Origin: an uncultured Chitinophagales bacterium
Lineage (GTDB): Bacteria > Bacteroidota > Bacteroidia > Chitinophagales > CAZNGA01
NCBI GenBank assembly: GCA_964572485.1
Contig: CAZNGA010000003.1
Span: 9,591-73,590 of the forward strand
DNA length: 64,000 nucleotides
Direction of reading: 5' to 3'
Positions 60,702 through 64,000 of this stretch are shown here, piece after piece (the stretch's first letter is position 1; each line of letters opens with the position of its first letter). The translations under genes and the position numbers were made by a program. The notes under the pieces were generated by a model. It was not told the DNA's origin. It was given only the letters and a program-made list of their open reading frames with translations, and ran no database searches.

Positions 60702-61565
60702 ATGAGGGCTTTTGTAAACCGGTTATTCATATTTATCCTCCCAACCATTTTATTTCCTTTTTTTTCCTTTTATGTAATTAAGGAAATTCATGAGCCTTTT
60801 ATAATTGAAAAAAGCATCGATACAATTATTACCGGGGATTCCCATCTGCAATATAGTGTAAATGATTCCTTGTTAGGGAATAACATGATCAACATTTCAA
60901 TAAATTCTGAAGGGTATTTTTATTCCTATTATAAGATAAAAGTAATTCTGGAGAACAATCCCCACATACAGAATGTATGGCTTGGTGTGAATTACCATAA
61001 TCTGTCCTCGTATTATGATGATTTTCTTTTTAACTGTTTTGTTTTCACCAGATACTATCCCCTTATTGATTCAAAAGGATATGCCACAATTCTTAAAAAT
61101 AACCCAAAGGCTATTTTAGCTACCTTAAATGGTATTAGAAATATTTTTGCATATCCATATATAGGGCATTATTATGAACATAAAGTGGCAAGCAATCAAA
61201 AAGTTACCAGTAAATCACTAAAAAATAGGATCAGGACCCAATTTGGTGCGGATGGGAACTTCAAAGAGGTTTCTGATCTAAATGTATCTTATCTGACTCA
61301 GATTGTTCTGTTATGCGAACAAAAAAAAGTCAATTTGGTTTTGGTTAAGCCCCCTCTTCATAAAGAGTATATGAATAACGTCCCTCATAAATATCTTTAT
61401 GATCAGATCACAACTTTATATAAGGTACCAATCATTGATATGGAAAATTTAGAGATGGGAGATGATTGCTATTTACCAGATGGTGACCATCTAACAAATA
61501 AAGGTGCCCTAGTTGCTACCAATTGGATCAAGGACAATTTTACTACATTGGGGAAAAGAAAATGA
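60702..61565 (+). CDS. membrane-anchored SGNH/GDSL-like hydrolase-fold protein (tentative)
   Basis: N-terminal TM segment. ITGDSHLQ (block I GDS-like) and DGDHLTNKGA (block V DxxH-like). Confidence 0.5.
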   Translation: MRAFVNRLFIFILPTILFPFFSFYVIKEIHEPFIIEKSIDTIITGDSHLQYSVNDSLLGNNMINISINSEGYFYSYYKIKVILENNPHIQNVWLGVNYHNLSSYYDDFLFNCFVFTRYYPLIDSKGYATILKNNPKAILATLNGIRNIFAYPYIGHYYEHKVASNQKVTSKSLKNRIRTQFGADGNFKEVSDLNVSYLTQIVLLCEQKKVNLVLVKPPLHKEYMNNVPHKYLYDQITTLYKVPIIDMENLEMGDDCYLPDGDHLTNKGALVATNWIKDNFTTLGKRK

Positions 61566-61591
61566 AAGTCCCAATCATCTTAAGAGAAGAT

Positions 61592-62155
61592 CTAGAATTT
61601 TGTTAACTCCTCACATAATCTATTGACCGGGAGCCCTACTACGTTAAAATAGCATCCCTCGATCCTCTGAATGGCTGTCAATCCGATCCATTCCTGAATA
61701 CCGTAACCACCTGCCTTATCAAAGGGCTTATAGTTATCAATATACCGATAAATAGCTTCATCTGTAAGCACTCCAAAATATACATTTGTGGAAACGGAAA
61801 AGCTGTGGGTTTTCTGATGTGCTGCCAAACAAACCCCGGTAATTACCTCGTGTTTCTTCCCTGACAGCATTCGGAGCATTGCATACGCATCCTCCCTGCT
61901 ACCCGGCTTGCCCAGGATCTTGTTATAGAAGGAAACAACAGTATCGGCTCCGATCACAACTTCATTATTCGCTATTTCTTCAATGGACATCGCTTTTAGC
62001 TTCGCATTATGTATTGCAAATTCTTTAGGCGAAAGCTCTTCAGGAACCACTTCTTTTACTTTGGGAACTTTTACTGTAAAATCAAATCCTGCTTCTTTCA
62101 ATAGTTGAGATCTGCGCGGAGATCCGGAAGCAAGAATGATTACTTTTTCAACCAT
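61592..62155 (-). CDS. maf: Maf-family nucleoside triphosphate pyrophosphatase
   Basis: ILASGSPRRSQLL and GKAGGYGIQ-like (KAGGYGIQEW) motifs. 187 aa. Confidence 0.9.
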   Translation of the reverse strand: MVEKVIILASGSPRRSQLLKEAGFDFTVKVPKVKEVVPEELSPKEFAIHNAKLKAMSIEEIANNEVVIGADTVVSFYNKILGKPGSREDAYAMLRMLSGKKHEVITGVCLAAHQKTHSFSVSTNVYFGVLTDEAIYRYIDNYKPFDKAGGYGIQEWIGLTAIQRIEGCYFNVVGLPVNRLCEELTKF

Positions 62156-62173
62156 ACAAACAGTAGTACTCTC

Positions 62174-63121
62174 TTATTCAAATATTAATATGAAAAAATA
62201 GAGCATTGACAATACCCCTAAAAACATAACGATCTTAATAAGTAAACTTAATCGATGATAGTGTTTTTTATGTTCTGCTTTATATAATCCGGCCAGGAAG
62301 ACGATCAACGGTAGCTGCAGTGCTAACATCAAATACCAAAATTCGTAAAATTGATGGCCGACAAATTGTATTTTTTGGATCCATCCAATACCACACAGGA
62401 TGCTAATCACAAGAAAAGCTACGATCGCTTTGCCGGGAAGTATCCCAAAGACAATTGGCAGTGTTCTGCAATCATAATCAGCATCTCCTTTAATATCTTC
62501 CATGTCTTTAACGATCTCCCTCACCAATGACACAAAAAAAGCAAAAACAGCATATGATCCAATGATCAGGAGTATCGCACCTGAAGCGGCCACTGTACTG
62601 GGAGCTTCAGCCAAGTACAACATAGGTTCGTAGAACACAACGATCAATAATACAAAAGCCGACAAGAAACTCACGATCAGGTTTCCAACCAACAGCATCT
62701 TTTTGAAGGAGGTGGCATAGAACCAAAGCAAACTTGCTGTAAAGAAGTGGAGATAGCCCAGCTTATAATTCCCAACATACCATCCCAAGTAGATCCCAAT
62801 ACCAATTGCTATAATATTGCAGGTAAAATACACCGGCATGATGAAGTTCTTATTGATAACCGATCCTATTATAAGACGGTGTGGCTTATTTATTGTATCT
62901 ATACCCACATCATTGTAATCGTTAATGATATAGCCGCTAGCAGCGATTAACAATGTGGACAAAGCGAGTAATAAAAAATGAAGATCATCCAGAAAACGAG
63001 GCACCCCATAGGAGTTAAAAATAGGCGTAATAATGCAATACCAGATGAGGAATTGAGTCATCGCAATAAGTACCAGGTTTGGAAAACGGATCAATCTAAG
63101 AATAGAAATGAAAATTTTCAT
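62174..63121 (-). CDS. UbiA-family prenyltransferase
   Basis: About 9 TM segments. The NDYNDVGID (NDxxDxxxD) and DMEDIKGD motifs are present. Confidence 0.85.
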   Translation of the reverse strand: MKIFISILRLIRFPNLVLIAMTQFLIWYCIITPIFNSYGVPRFLDDLHFLLLALSTLLIAASGYIINDYNDVGIDTINKPHRLIIGSVINKNFIMPVYFTCNIIAIGIGIYLGWYVGNYKLGYLHFFTASLLWFYATSFKKMLLVGNLIVSFLSAFVLLIVVFYEPMLYLAEAPSTVAASGAILLIIGSYAVFAFFVSLVREIVKDMEDIKGDADYDCRTLPIVFGILPGKAIVAFLVISILCGIGWIQKIQFVGHQFYEFWYLMLALQLPLIVFLAGLYKAEHKKHYHRLSLLIKIVMFLGVLSMLYFFILIFE

Positions 63122-63125
63122 TGGG

Positions 63126-63902
63126 CTATCTTTTCTGTTGCTGAATATCTTGCGTCATCAATTCATACACCTTTTTGTATTGTGGATAATCACTAAGAAA
63201 TTCCAAGTGCTTTGCAATTGTCTTTGCATCATTCCTAATTGCTGGCCCGGTCTGCATCTTTGCAGGGGACCCCTCCAAGCTTTTTCTCATAGTCTCTTTG
63301 ATGAGAGGTTGCAGAATTTCCATTGACAGATCACTCCTTTGTAAAAGATCTGCTGCAATAGACAATAAATGGTTTGAAAAATTATTGACAAATACCCCAC
63401 AGATATGCAATAACAATCGTTGCTCCTCTTTAATATCCATTGACCTGGCACCGATCAATTCGGCAAGTCCAGCTAGTTGCCTGGCTACATCCGGGTGATT
63501 TGCTTCAATGCATACAGGGCTCCCGGCTACATCGAGGGATTCCCCCTTAGTGAAGGATTGCAAGGGATAGAAAACACCGATGTTATTTGATATACCATTT
63601 AGCACTTGCATAGAAACAGTTCCTGAGGTATGAGCCACTGTAGCTACATCCCTTATAGATAATTGGTTAGCAACCACAGGAATACCTTCATCCTTTACCG
63701 CAATAATAAAAATATCAGAAGCGGCTTCTTTCAACATCTCAATATCATTTACCGGGCGAGCATCAAGTTCTTTCGCCAAAACTTCAGCATTGCTCATATC
63801 TCTGCTGTAAACAAATTCGATGTGCTGCCCCTTACTCTTTAGATTAACGCCTAAATGATAGTTTACATTGCCTGCACCAATAAGAGTGATCTTTTGACCC
63901 AT
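63126..63902 (-). CDS. Rossmann-fold NAD(P)-binding protein, DUF2520-like
   Basis: N-terminal ITLIGAGNVNYHLG dinucleotide-binding motif. The about 258-aa size and context (next to UbiA/Maf) fit the Bacteroidota DUF2520 family. Confidence 0.6.
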   Translation of the reverse strand: MGQKITLIGAGNVNYHLGVNLKSKGQHIEFVYSRDMSNAEVLAKELDARPVNDIEMLKEAASDIFIIAVKDEGIPVVANQLSIRDVATVAHTSGTVSMQVLNGISNNIGVFYPLQSFTKGESLDVAGSPVCIEANHPDVARQLAGLAELIGARSMDIKEEQRLLLHICGVFVNNFSNHLLSIAADLLQRSDLSMEILQPLIKETMRKSLEGSPAKMQTGPAIRNDAKTIAKHLEFLSDYPQYKKVYELMTQDIQQQKR

Positions 63903-64000
63903 TACTTATTTTGAATTATTGTATGATATCATATCGTGGTCAAAGTTAAGTAAAAAAAAAGGGGATTCTACAGACCTCCAAACATTGCTGGCTACTCCCC

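Noticed and set aside
60488-60748. Two minus-strand ORFs (86 and 64 aa) rich in Lys/Arg/Glu (KRKRRGRREEK).
   Set aside because: They translate the 36-nt polypyrimidine/polypurine tract and overlap the tamB end and the next gene's start. They are a low-complexity artefact.

Overview
AT-rich Bacteroidota-type chromosomal segment, judged from the many T9SS C-terminal sorting domains, TAnnTTTG-type promoter boxes and tsaD/tamB/Omp85 housekeeping genes. The flanks (1-14.2 kb and 54.6-64 kb) carry ordinary genes: an Omp85-family OMP, a TrmH-family methyltransferase, a GH16 glucanase, a GT39 transferase, a J-domain protein, thiolase, PgpH-like HD phosphodiesterase, dnaG, a PPTase, tsaD, tamB, maf, a UbiA prenyltransferase and a DUF2520-like protein.

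The centre (14.3-54.5 kb) is an accessory block packed with T9SS cargo genes. It holds a 1694-aa type-B CTD giant, a CRTAC1/ASPIC-like protein, a BNR propeller, a cupredoxin and a minimal CTD protein. Its core is a 24-kb co-oriented tandem array of seven paralogs (three about 1260-1307 aa, three about 830-842 aa, one about 685 aa) plus one CTD-only relic, all from one unnamed beta-helix-like family.

- **Recombination:** the paralogs are mosaic. One 264-bp tract is 100% identical between two copies 9 kb apart.
- **Spacers:** the copies are separated by unusually long homologous spacers.
- **Shared upstream signal:** they carry a palindromic box (CTTAC-N4-GTAAG), often inside a fixed-spacing three-box module. 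The same module sits upstream of one of three tandem stand-alone LytTR-domain regulator genes that directly follow the array.
- **Second regulator:** an orphan LytTR response regulator with a GATTKGR repeat tract lies at 19.6-20.6 kb.

I propose a LytTR-linked, recombining, T9SS-exported surface-protein repertoire as the candidate undescribed system. I found no rRNA, tRNA, CRISPR, transposase, integrase or reverse transcriptase. All functional calls come from motif recognition by eye, not from database searches.
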